The position numbers and the translations under genes are program-made. A stretch of 43,750 nucleotides of DNA from Candidatus Glassbacteria bacterium (GTDB taxonomy: Bacteria > Gemmatimonadota > Glassbacteria > GWA2-58-10). The notes beneath the pieces were generated by a model, which worked only from the letters and a program-made list of their open reading frames with translations, did no database searches and was not told where the DNA came from. Positions 10,643-19,349 of the stretch are shown here, piece by piece. The stretch lies in NCBI GenBank assembly GCA_043805105.1, contig JAZDIG010000253.1, forward strand, positions 1-43,750, in the 5' to 3' direction. How positions within the stretch are numbered: position 1 is the stretch's first letter; every line of letters starts with the position of its first letter.

Positions 10643-13600
10643 CTAAAAGCGAAACTCGGTGCCGAATCTTATCTGCCTGGCCATTCCCCACTGGCCCGCA
10701 TCCATCGTCGCTCTCATCATCTGGTAAGCTATCTCACCCTTAGTCGCTTCCAGCCTTGTCAGGAGACCATCACCGTTGAAATCCGCGTTGAACCTGACAT
10801 CCTCGATACGGTTTCTCCCCGGGATATCCCATCTCCAACCATCCACGGGTGCGTGGCCGTACTGATAGGTATCGTATCTGTAGGCTTTGGGATAACCGGT
10901 GTGGTTCTTACGGTTGGTGAGGTTGTAGATTTCTGCAAAGATACTGATACGACGTGAGCCGCCTGCGGGGAAGCTCTTGGTTAACCTGACATCGAGATTG
11001 TAGCCCCAGCGGCCACGGAACATCATGGCCCCGCCATAGGGCGCTCCGCTCTGAACGTTGAGAGCACCGTAAAGTCTGAGGTCGCTCAGAAGCAGGTTGC
11101 TGATTGAACCGGCCCTGAAATCCTCGGGGAACAGATAATTCACCCTGGTGGTGAACATGTGCGTCCGGTCTCCCTCGATCGGCCGCAGATCATCCGGATT
11201 AACCTGAGCTTCTCCGGTGGAGGGATCGTAGGCGAAGTTGTTGCTGAGGGCCTGGTTCGGTGCGCTTCCCGTTGTCCGGGAAAATTGCAAGGTGTAAATC
11301 CAGTCAAAGGAGAAGCTCTGCGAAAACCTCTTTCTCAGGGTGATGTCCATGCCTTTGATATTGCCATCGTCCCTGTTGGTATACGAGCTACCCCAGCCCC
11401 TGACTCTTCTTTCGCTGAAAAAGAGCCAGTAATCCCGGAAAGTTTCTTTACTGGCGATATTGCCTATTATATCCCGATAGTAGGCCACCATCTCCAGTAC
11501 GACATTTTCGGATGCTACGTAGCTCAAGCCGGCTTCGAAGGCGTCGGTGCGGGTGAAATCCAGAAATCCCTGATTGCCACCGCTGTACATGATAGACATA
11601 TTGGGGATCTGAGTGAACGTTCCGTAGGAAAAACGAAGCTGCGATCTGTCCGTGACCGGGAAGCCGACATCAAACCGCGGAGACCATTCCTTCTTTATTT
11701 GGGGGAAAGTCCCCTCTCCGCTCCGGTTCGTCTCAGAAAGACCCCAGTTCTCCCTGGGCCTGAATGAATCGAAACGCATTCCGTAATCAAAGACGAAATC
11801 TCCCAGATCGGTTCTGTTCTGGATGTAGAAAGCCATTATTCTGGGCGTGTAGTTGAACTCGTAATCGTATACCCTCGGAGCATTCCAGTTGCCGGGGTTG
11901 ATCTTGAGGTTGTCGAGAGCCGAATACTGGGCTCCGAATTTCGCCCTGTTCCAGCGGTCGATCTGAAAATCGAAATCCAGCTTGAAGTTATGCTGCCTTT
12001 CGCGGCCATAACGGTACTGAAGCAGGTAAAGGTTTTCCTCGAACATCCGGAAGGGAGTTTCGAAAAACCAGCCTTGATACCAGTATGTTACCCCATCCGG
12101 ATAGTACTGGCGTTTGGCATCCGTGGTCATCTGAACCCAGCGGTCGGGGTAGTTTTCCACCTCGAACTTGATGTCCTCCGGCGACCAGCTCATGATGGTC
12201 TTCCGCTCGAAATTGACCTCGAGGTTGGAGCCGTTAACGCTGGTGTTCATGAAATGGGTATAACGGAACTGAGCAGTCGCACTGCGCTGGGCGCTCTTCA
12301 GAAGGTCCCAGTCGAACCCGAAGAGAGTATTGTAGGTCTTGATCCTACGGGCCCTGGACTGAGGAATAACCGCAGATGTATCGGTCCCCCAGTTTCTATA
12401 GGGCAGTTGACTTTTGGTGACATAGCCGTTCAGGAAATAATTCCCGCTCGCCTCGCTCGGCCCATTCGGGTAAGCCCGCTGGTTTCTCGAAATGTTGTGA
12501 GTGCCGGTAAACTTCAGTCCCCTGAAAGGCGAGTAGCTTACTTTTCCCGCGCCCATGGTCCTGTCGCCCCAGTTTTCGCTGCGCCGCACCGGATTGGGCG
12601 GAGACCACAAGGAGGCGTTCTTACCGGTCTTGCTGGCATAGAACTCCCGCCCTATCCTGAACTCTTCCAGGTTGAATGCGTTTTCGGGGCTGCTTAAAAC
12701 TGGATCGTTTACCACCGAGGCGTTAAGCCGGTCGACAAATGTCTGGTTTACGCCGCGGAAACCCTCGTCCGCATGGGTCGGAGAGTTATCCGCCATGCCC
12801 TGCATTTCGCCGGAAAGGTGAAAGAACAGGTTGCCAAGAACCGGAATCGGTCCTCCGATCGAGGCAATGAGCTGGTTGTAGCCGAAATCAGAGGTGCGAG
12901 GGTTCTGCTGGTCGGTGGCATACCGGATGCTGCCCCTGTACTCGGGTCCGCCCTCGCGGGTGACGATGTTGATGATACCCGACTGGGCGTTGCCGTATTC
13001 GGCCTGGAAGCCGCCGGTTATGATGTCCACTTCTTCTACTGCGAGAGTGGAGAACTCGAGCGGGTTCGTATCCTGGCCGGTGAGCGCCTCGTTTTCATTC
13101 CGGGCGCTATGCCACCAGTTCCCGCCGCTCCAGGTGCCGTCGAACGGATCGGCCGTGTAATTGCGCATCATAACTCCGTCCACCACCATCAGCTCCTCAC
13201 CCAGTCTTCCGCCGCGGATGCGCAGCCCCTGGGCTTTTCCGCCGCCGCCGCCGATCTGCACACCGGCCTCGAGTATCATGAGGTCCTCAAGCTTGGTAGC
13301 CGGCGCCTCTGAGATATATTCGGAAGTCATCCTGCGCTTGGAAACAGTATTGTCCCGCGGCAGGAGCACTTCGCTTTCACCTTCTACTATGATTCCTTCC
13401 AGCTGCACCACGGTGGAGCTCAATTCGGCGTTCACCGTGGTGGTCTGGCCGGCGAGGATCAGTTGATTGGCTACGGTTGTCTTCTGGTAGCCCGTGTAGG
13501 TGAAAGTGATGTCCTTTTGCCCGGGAGGGATGTTGAGAATGAAATAGTAGCCGTCCGCATTCGTAACGTTGCCCAGGCGTGTGCCCTCGACGATTACCTG

Positions 13601-13759
13601 AACTCCCTGCATTGCCGTTCCGGTGTCTTTATCACGAATGACACCTTCGATCTTACCGGTGGCGAGCTGGGCGGTAAGGTCGGTTGCGATCGCCAGCAGA
13701 AGCAGTGCCACGGACATCGATATTGCCACTCCGGCTCGATAAAATACTTTTCGTTTCAT
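10643..13759 (-). CDS. TonB-dependent-receptor-like outer-membrane protein with CarboxypepD_reg-like N-domain
   Basis: Start moved to ATG 13759, which has GGAGG upstream and a signal peptide 'MKRKVFYRAGVAISMSVALLLLAIA'. 'TGKIEGVIRDKDTGTAMQGVQVIVEGT..TNADGYYFILNIPPG' is carboxypeptidase-regulatory-like. A long beta-rich barrel ends in 'RFGTEFRF'. Confidence 0.65.
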   Translation of the reverse strand: MKRKVFYRAGVAISMSVALLLLAIATDLTAQLATGKIEGVIRDKDTGTAMQGVQVIVEGTRLGNVTNADGYYFILNIPPGQKDITFTYTGYQKTTVANQLILAGQTTTVNAELSSTVVQLEGIIVEGESEVLLPRDNTVSKRRMTSEYISEAPATKLEDLMILEAGVQIGGGGGKAQGLRIRGGRLGEELMVVDGVMMRNYTADPFDGTWSGGNWWHSARNENEALTGQDTNPLEFSTLAVEEVDIITGGFQAEYGNAQSGIINIVTREGGPEYRGSIRYATDQQNPRTSDFGYNQLIASIGGPIPVLGNLFFHLSGEMQGMADNSPTHADEGFRGVNQTFVDRLNASVVNDPVLSSPENAFNLEEFRIGREFYASKTGKNASLWSPPNPVRRSENWGDRTMGAGKVSYSPFRGLKFTGTHNISRNQRAYPNGPSEASGNYFLNGYVTKSQLPYRNWGTDTSAVIPQSRARRIKTYNTLFGFDWDLLKSAQRSATAQFRYTHFMNTSVNGSNLEVNFERKTIMSWSPEDIKFEVENYPDRWVQMTTDAKRQYYPDGVTYWYQGWFFETPFRMFEENLYLLQYRYGRERQHNFKLDFDFQIDRWNRAKFGAQYSALDNLKINPGNWNAPRVYDYEFNYTPRIMAFYIQNRTDLGDFVFDYGMRFDSFRPRENWGLSETNRSGEGTFPQIKKEWSPRFDVGFPVTDRSQLRFSYGTFTQIPNMSIMYSGGNQGFLDFTRTDAFEAGLSYVASENVVLEMVAYYRDIIGNIASKETFRDYWLFFSERRVRGWGSSYTNRDDGNIKGMDITLRKRFSQSFSFDWIYTLQFSRTTGSAPNQALSNNFAYDPSTGEAQVNPDDLRPIEGDRTHMFTTRVNYLFPEDFRAGSISNLLLSDLRLYGALNVQSGAPYGGAMMFRGRWGYNLDVRLTKSFPAGGSRRISIFAEIYNLTNRKNHTGYPKAYRYDTYQYGHAPVDGWRWDIPGRNRIEDVRFNADFNGDGLLTRLEATKGEIAYQMMRATMDAGQWGMARQIRFGTEFRF

Positions 13760-13959
13760 AAATCCTCCGATGCAGAAAAATCTTTCGTCAGCCAAACCAT
13801 AATAACAAGATTCGTATATCATAGGCGGAACTCCTGTTAAGGTGAGACTGAAGGGCGAACTCCGTGAAAATTCCTGGCAATCCCGTTATACCTTCCAGAC
13901 TTGACCCCTGATTATTGAAGGAATATTTCGAGACAACTCAGTCATGAAAGTTTCAGCGT

Positions 13960-15540
13960 TCACAGATATTTCTCCACCAGCCGGCTTCTTATTTTTTCCA
14001 GGTAGCACGAGCTGATCGCCGGAAGGTTGGACCTTACCTCCTTCTCTCCAGATACGACTTCGGCGTAAGATTCGAGCAAACCGGACAGATTGGCGTCACT
14101 GACTTTTATATTTTTAATCCGGTCGAGATCTTTCACAGTCAGGCCGCCTGCAGCGATCAGTTCTACCGCGCCGGAAGGCTTGGCTGATCCATCCGGGTAA
14201 CGCGTCATGATGACATTCATCCCGGTTACGAAATTGTTCGTCGGGACACGGGCTATCTTTTCCGCCCAATCGCCGTACTCTCGGCCTTCCAAGGCCCGAA
14301 CCAGACCCTGCTGCATGGCGGGCAGGTAGTCTACCTGCATGAAACCGCCGATACACTTGATTCCACGGGCGAAAGCCAGAGCAGTAAAACTCGAAAACAG
14401 GCTGGGAATCAGCTCGCGTTTTTTCAAAGCGATTCCTATTTCCTGCGGGGTGAAGGGTATCGACATTTTCCGGCCGGGTGCAATTCCCACCAGAACCGGC
14501 TTCGAGTCGTTCTGGACCAGCAGGGCCGGGACGCGCCTTCCACGGCTGTCCACGAAACAGAAAAAAATGGAACCGCAGCCCCGGAACGCCTCGCTTCCAA
14601 GCGGATGCTCGTCTATACCGCTCAATAGATCGGTCAATTTCCGCCGGTCCCAGCAGCCCATTTTTCCATCGAGATTGTTGATCACCCTCTCCCGCAGGAG
14701 CGAATCGAAGAAAACGTTGTAAAGCAACGACCCCTGATCGCGCAAATCTTTTTCCAGCAGGAAAACGACAATCCGCTCCATTTCCAGGTACACGATTTCA
14801 GGTATTTCATCTCTCAGGTCGGGACCAAAGATTCTCCTCCAGATTCCACGGTTCAGAATCACGGCCTGGTCGGAATAATCGGTCTGGCCCAGGACTTCCT
14901 GGCGGTCATATTCTTCGTTCAAAAGGTCGAGAAGAACTTTTTTTTCTCCGGTCAGGAGATTCCCCAGGTTGAAATGTCTTGCAACGCTGCTCTTCGCTTT
15001 GTTCAGTTGTTGTCGATCCACAGGGGGTGCGAGGCTTACCAGGCAATGAGATTCTTTCTCGGGAATGAGCGGGATCTTCAATGAGGATGGTACCTTTTTT
15101 GCAAGAGAGACGGGTACCTCGATTTCCCTGGAAAGAACGATCCCCCTGGGAAAAGTACAATTGCATAACGGAACGATTCCGCAGGCCAGCACTGTCACCA
15201 CCGGCACTTCTGCACCGGCAGAGTTGCCTATCCTGGGCAGGGCAAAGATCAGTTCGCCCTGAAGTGTTATCGACTTGTAGCTGACTCCGTGATGATTGGC
15301 TGTCAGTGCGACCGGAGTTTCGCCAAAATATTTTTCGAGCAGCACAGCGGTCTGGCTGCCAAGCAGCCTCCTTGAATAATTGCCGGTAACTTCGATAAAG
15401 TCGTCGAGAGATTGAATGGGTTCAGCGTCGTAGGAAAAAAAATTCCTGGAAAATTCCAAAAGAGTAAGATGGCCCTGCTCTTTTGTGATTTTCGATATTC
15501 CCGGGAATTTTTCCAGAAGACTGCGATAAACCTTATCCAC
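13960..15540 (-). CDS. Hypothetical protein (526 aa)
   Basis: Long uninterrupted ORF with protein-like composition. No motif recognised: no Walker A, HD or HNH. Confidence 0.55.
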   Translation of the reverse strand: MDKVYRSLLEKFPGISKITKEQGHLTLLEFSRNFFSYDAEPIQSLDDFIEVTGNYSRRLLGSQTAVLLEKYFGETPVALTANHHGVSYKSITLQGELIFALPRIGNSAGAEVPVVTVLACGIVPLCNCTFPRGIVLSREIEVPVSLAKKVPSSLKIPLIPEKESHCLVSLAPPVDRQQLNKAKSSVARHFNLGNLLTGEKKVLLDLLNEEYDRQEVLGQTDYSDQAVILNRGIWRRIFGPDLRDEIPEIVYLEMERIVVFLLEKDLRDQGSLLYNVFFDSLLRERVINNLDGKMGCWDRRKLTDLLSGIDEHPLGSEAFRGCGSIFFCFVDSRGRRVPALLVQNDSKPVLVGIAPGRKMSIPFTPQEIGIALKKRELIPSLFSSFTALAFARGIKCIGGFMQVDYLPAMQQGLVRALEGREYGDWAEKIARVPTNNFVTGMNVIMTRYPDGSAKPSGAVELIAAGGLTVKDLDRIKNIKVSDANLSGLLESYAEVVSGEKEVRSNLPAISSCYLEKIRSRLVEKYL

Positions 15541-15779
15541 TTGAGTAACCGGGATGGGATTTTGCTGAAAACGTGGTATTATTCGGCTCTTATGCTTTAC
15601 CAGTCAAAACGGGTCGGCTTGTCTGAATATTGTAATATCAAATATTTAAACTACTTACGCGATTATTCGCTCTCAATGATTCATTCCCAATACAATAATT
15701 GTTCTTAATATATTAGGATGTTACTAATATTATAGTAATACTCGTAATAATTGTCAAGAGCGAATTTATTGGTAGGCAA

Positions 15780-15808
15780 TTGACAAGTGCTCGGGCGGGT
15801 GGTATATT
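15780..15808 (+). promoter_or_regulatory. Sigma70-like promoter (TTGACA-N17-TATATT) upstream of the XRE-cupin gene
   Basis: TTGACA at 15780-15785, a 17-nt spacer, then TATATT at 15803-15808, about 89 nt upstream of ATG 15897. The -35 element is one arm of a 7-bp inverted repeat, TTGTCAA (15751-15757) / TTGACAA (15780-15786), which could be an operator. Promoter consensus in this lineage is unknown. Confidence 0.35.
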
Positions 15809-15896
15809 GATTCCGGGCAAGGACTATTCACCGATTGATTTTCCCAAGGCGCTTACCATCGGCTTGGACGATTAAGGAAGCTTTCGGGAGGGGAGC

Positions 15897-16508
15897 ATGG
15901 ACTTTCGATCGGAGATGCTGGCATCCAGAGTAAGACGGCTTCGCTATTTCAGGGAGTTGAGTATCGAACAGCTGGCCAAGATCGCGCAGGTGGACAAAAA
16001 TACTATCGTCAGGATAGAGAAGGGGGAAGGCCGTCCCAATCTGAAAACCTTGGTAAATATCTGCAGTGCACTCGACGTGTCGGTCGATGAGTTGATCGAT
16101 ATGAAGACCAAGGAGGACAAGGACTTTTACGTATATCGACGGAAAAAACCCAGAGTCCACAGCCGCTCGGATACTAAAGAACCCGGCCTGCGGGTAGGTG
16201 ATCTGATGGCCAAATTGCCATTCGGCCACATGAACGCGGTGATAATTGAGGTAGATGGCGAGGGGCGGACTCGCAGCCATCCGGGAGAGGAGATCCTGTT
16301 CTGCCTTAAAGGCAGGGTGGGCATCCGGATCGGGAGTACTGACGTGGAACTCGAGGAAGGCGATTCGGTAATGTTTTTCGGCCGGGAGCCCCATCAATAC
16401 TACAATGCCGACAAAGGTAAGGATCCTGAAGCAGGAGTCGGATTAAGCGTCTGGTTGGATGAGGATATAGATCCCAAGACCGATTATTTTAAAACCTACC
16501 ATATCTGA
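15897..16508 (+). CDS. XRE-family HTH transcriptional regulator with C-terminal cupin domain
   Basis: 'LRYFRELSIEQLAKIAQVDKNTIVRIEKGEGRPNLKTLVNICSALDVSVDELI' is an HTH_XRE domain. 'HPGEEILFCLKGRVGIRIGSTDVELEEGDSVMFFGREPHQYYN' is cupin_2-like. GGGAGGGGAG SD precedes the ATG. Confidence 0.75.
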   Translation: MDFRSEMLASRVRRLRYFRELSIEQLAKIAQVDKNTIVRIEKGEGRPNLKTLVNICSALDVSVDELIDMKTKEDKDFYVYRRKKPRVHSRSDTKEPGLRVGDLMAKLPFGHMNAVIIEVDGEGRTRSHPGEEILFCLKGRVGIRIGSTDVELEEGDSVMFFGREPHQYYNADKGKDPEAGVGLSVWLDEDIDPKTDYFKTYHI

Positions 16509-16533
16509 TTAGATACTGCACTCCGTATCCATT

Positions 16534-18537
16534 CTATCGGGATTTTGCAAGACAATCCAGTAGGGATTCCGACAGCACGGAATTATCCAATCCGCTCTTC
16601 TCCAGAAAAAGTTCAAGCTCCAGAGGGACTTCACCGTAGATCCTCACTTTTTCGCTCATCAATCCGATCACCTCGGGGATGTCCGTAAATTTCAGAATGC
16701 CGAGATAGCAGGGTCCCTGCCTGTGGGAAGATGGGGGCGACTCGAGGATTACCCGCTCCCGGGCGCCGTCCAGGAGTCCGGCGTACAGGCCGTTGATTCC
16801 CACTTCTCCCTTACCGATAATCGTGATATCGTCCGAGTCCACCTCGGGCCGGGCCCTGAGAAATTCCAGCGCGCGAAGAATCTCGTAGACTTCCATTGAA
16901 TTGAGCGTTGTGCCGGCTACCATTGCCTGGCGCCTCATATGATGGACGAGGTCATTATCATTGAAGCTCCTCAGGTTTTCCTCCAGAGCCCGTCTGCCCC
17001 TGTCGAGAGTTTCGACTACCAGCACCGCGCGGTCTCCCCAGCGGTTTCCCTCCAAAAGCTGCTCGTTCCCCCAAACCGGAATTCCCCGGCGGTGATCCAC
17101 CAGAAGAACGGTAGGCATCCTGGTGCGGGACGCCGAAACAGCGGGCAGGGAATAGATACCCCGCACCCGCAGCTCAGCGAAGGAATTGAAGCTTACGCTC
17201 TGGACAGCACGACTCTGCAGAATCTTTTTATCCCCCCAGACCGGCTCCAGCGGGGCAGCCTTTTCAGGGAAATACCGGAAAACCTCGTTGCGCAATTGTC
17301 CGGTCAGTTCGCTTATCCTTACCTCCCGGGAATGTCCTGATAAAGTGTACGGGAGAAACTTATGGGCCGGTATCAACTCTTCGTCGATTCTGGATAACCG
17401 CTCGGTCAGCGGATAGCCGCTCTGCCAGCAGGTCAGTTGCTCGTCCGGCAGCGTGTTGACCGGTCCCTGTTCGGTTATGGTCGTGTCCTTCCCGAGAAAC
17501 TCTTTCAGGAAGAAGGCGTAGACCGGCAGCCGAATCACCTCGTTGTCCCCATGTCCGCCCGGGACGACCGCGGTACGCAGATTATCATCGGCGCCGTACA
17601 GCCGGTAGATTTCCCTCATCTTTTCCACCATCTCGTCGAACGAATCCATGGGGAAGCCGCGGTCGGCAGAGGCGTTGCAGAGAAGCTGGGCCCGGGGTGC
17701 GGTTAGAGCCCCGATTTCAGAGTAAAGCCGGCCGTAACTGTTTACCGGGTACTGGCAGTCGCAGTGCGCAGAAGAAAGGCTGTGCATTATCCAGCCTCTG
17801 CTGGAAAGTGCCCCGGATACCGGGGCGGAAGCCTTGACTCGCTGGTCGAGAGCGGCCAGGAAAAAGGTCGCCATCCCTCCGCCGGATACTCCCGTAGCAC
17901 CGATCCGGCTGCGGTCAATGTCCGGCCTGCTGCATAAATAATCCAGGCAGCGGCGGGCGTTCAACATTTCCACCGCCATTGGAGAAAAGCCCCGGCTGTA
18001 CCAGTGAAACCAGGCGTGGGCGTAGACCCCATGATGGGTGAACTCGATTTCTCCCATTTCGATATTATCCATTATCAGCACTGCGATCCCACGGGCGGCG
18101 AACCAGGCGCCATGATGTTTGAAAATCCTTTTATTGGCGTGGCCGCATTGATAGAGAACCACGGGGAAAGGTTTCCGGCCGCTGCGGGGAAGGTAGAGGT
18201 TAGCTGTAGAGTATACCTGCGGGGCGGTTTCGAGAATCAGGCATTCGAGCGTGTAATCCGGGTTTTCCACTCGTCTGGTAATTTCCACCGGAGGCGGGCT
18301 GTCCGGCCAGCTCCGATCGTGCCACAGCATCCGTCCGAGCTCGAGCCTGGACCTCTCCTTGCGTATCTCCCACTGTTCGATATTGCCGATACTGCTGAAG
18401 AGAGTATCGAAGCGTGCATTTATGACGCGTTCGAAATGAGATTTCAGGGCCTGGTATTGATCATTCTGTCCCGGCAACTGGGAAGTAATGGCCAGGCTTG
18501 ACAGGAGTAGCACGGTAAAAGCATGTAAACTCTTCAT
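16534..18537 (-). CDS. Secreted alpha/beta-hydrolase (acetyl-xylan-esterase / peptidase S9-like fold)
   Basis: 667 aa with a signal peptide. Nucleophile elbow 'GATGVSGGGMATF' (GxSxG). Exact family not determined. Confidence 0.55.
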   Translation of the reverse strand: MKSLHAFTVLLLSSLAITSQLPGQNDQYQALKSHFERVINARFDTLFSSIGNIEQWEIRKERSRLELGRMLWHDRSWPDSPPPVEITRRVENPDYTLECLILETAPQVYSTANLYLPRSGRKPFPVVLYQCGHANKRIFKHHGAWFAARGIAVLIMDNIEMGEIEFTHHGVYAHAWFHWYSRGFSPMAVEMLNARRCLDYLCSRPDIDRSRIGATGVSGGGMATFFLAALDQRVKASAPVSGALSSRGWIMHSLSSAHCDCQYPVNSYGRLYSEIGALTAPRAQLLCNASADRGFPMDSFDEMVEKMREIYRLYGADDNLRTAVVPGGHGDNEVIRLPVYAFFLKEFLGKDTTITEQGPVNTLPDEQLTCWQSGYPLTERLSRIDEELIPAHKFLPYTLSGHSREVRISELTGQLRNEVFRYFPEKAAPLEPVWGDKKILQSRAVQSVSFNSFAELRVRGIYSLPAVSASRTRMPTVLLVDHRRGIPVWGNEQLLEGNRWGDRAVLVVETLDRGRRALEENLRSFNDNDLVHHMRRQAMVAGTTLNSMEVYEILRALEFLRARPEVDSDDITIIGKGEVGINGLYAGLLDGARERVILESPPSSHRQGPCYLGILKFTDIPEVIGLMSEKVRIYGEVPLELELFLEKSGLDNSVLSESLLDCLAKSR

Positions 18538-18649
18538 GGCTCTGATCCCTCTTATGACGCTGTGCCGGTTTTAAAAGGCAATGGACGCGCTCCATCGGCT
18601 TAATTATAATCCCTGATCAAATTAAGAATAGAGTCAATTCTCTACACAG

Positions 18650-19200
18650 ATTAATGTCCCATTCGGGGAATGGGAGAAAATCCCTCGCCTTCAGGCGAAG
18701 ACTTTAGAATGCTTGCGGTATGGATAAGTACCGCAAAAGTAACCATACCGTTCATGATCTCAAATATCATATTGTTTGGATCACGAAATACCGCAAGCCA
18801 GTATTGCTTGGAGAAATATCCAAGCGTGTTCGGGATCTGATCCGAGAGATATGCAAGTCAATGGACGTAGAGATAGTCAAGGGGCATATATCTCGGGATC
18901 ATGTTCATCTGTTTGTCTCAGTGCCACCGCATATCTCGGTTAGTAAGCTTGTACAATCACTTAAGGGTAAAACCTCCCGCAAACTTATGACAGAGTACAA
19001 GAGGTTTAGCCGGGCCTTTTAGGGTCGTCATATCTGGGCTCGCGGGTACTTTGTCGTAAGCTCAGGTAAAGTGACAGAGGACGCCATCAAAAGGTATATA
19101 GAAGAACAGGGTAAAGGGCCTCCCGATGGAGAATTTCAAATAGAAGAATGATCGGAGTCGGCTTACAGCTGACCCAAAAAATCTACCGGCTTTAGCCAGT
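18650..19200 (+). mobile_element. IS200/IS605-family element (tnpA only), probably inactive; ends approximate
   Basis: Y1-transposase gene flanked by subterminal hairpins. Left: tcccatt-cgggg-aatggga (18657-18675) and tcgcc-ttca-ggcga (18685-18698). Right: gtcggct-tac-agctgac (19157-19173). No inverted terminal repeats, as expected for this family. Confidence 0.5.
18720..19151 (+). pseudogene. tnpA: IS200-type Y1 transposase TnpA interrupted by an in-frame TAG
   Basis: 'HDLKYHIVWITKYRKPVL...DHVHLFVSVPP..SVSKLVQSLKGKTSRKL' carries the HUH and Y1 motifs. TAG at 19020-19022 sits where the family has the conserved W of W-G-x-H-x-W-A-R-G-Y-F. The same frame continues 'GRHIWARGYFVVSSGKVTEDAIKRYIEEQ' to TGA 19149-19151. 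Confidence 0.75.
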
Positions 19201-19349
19201 AGTAGTTTAATCACAGGAAAGAAAGTGCTTGACAGAAACCCGCTTCGTGGAACATATATGAAATAATTCATAATAGACTAACTTATGAGAATAGTCAATG
19301 TTATTAATCTTGATATGAATAGACTGTTCAATTTGCTTTTGGAGCCGGT

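Noticed and set aside
13960-15540. Checked whether the 526-aa unknown protein, or any other ORF in the window, could be a displaced Cas3
   Set aside because: No HD motif, Walker A/B or DExH box is visible in it. Every other large ORF has a different clear assignment.
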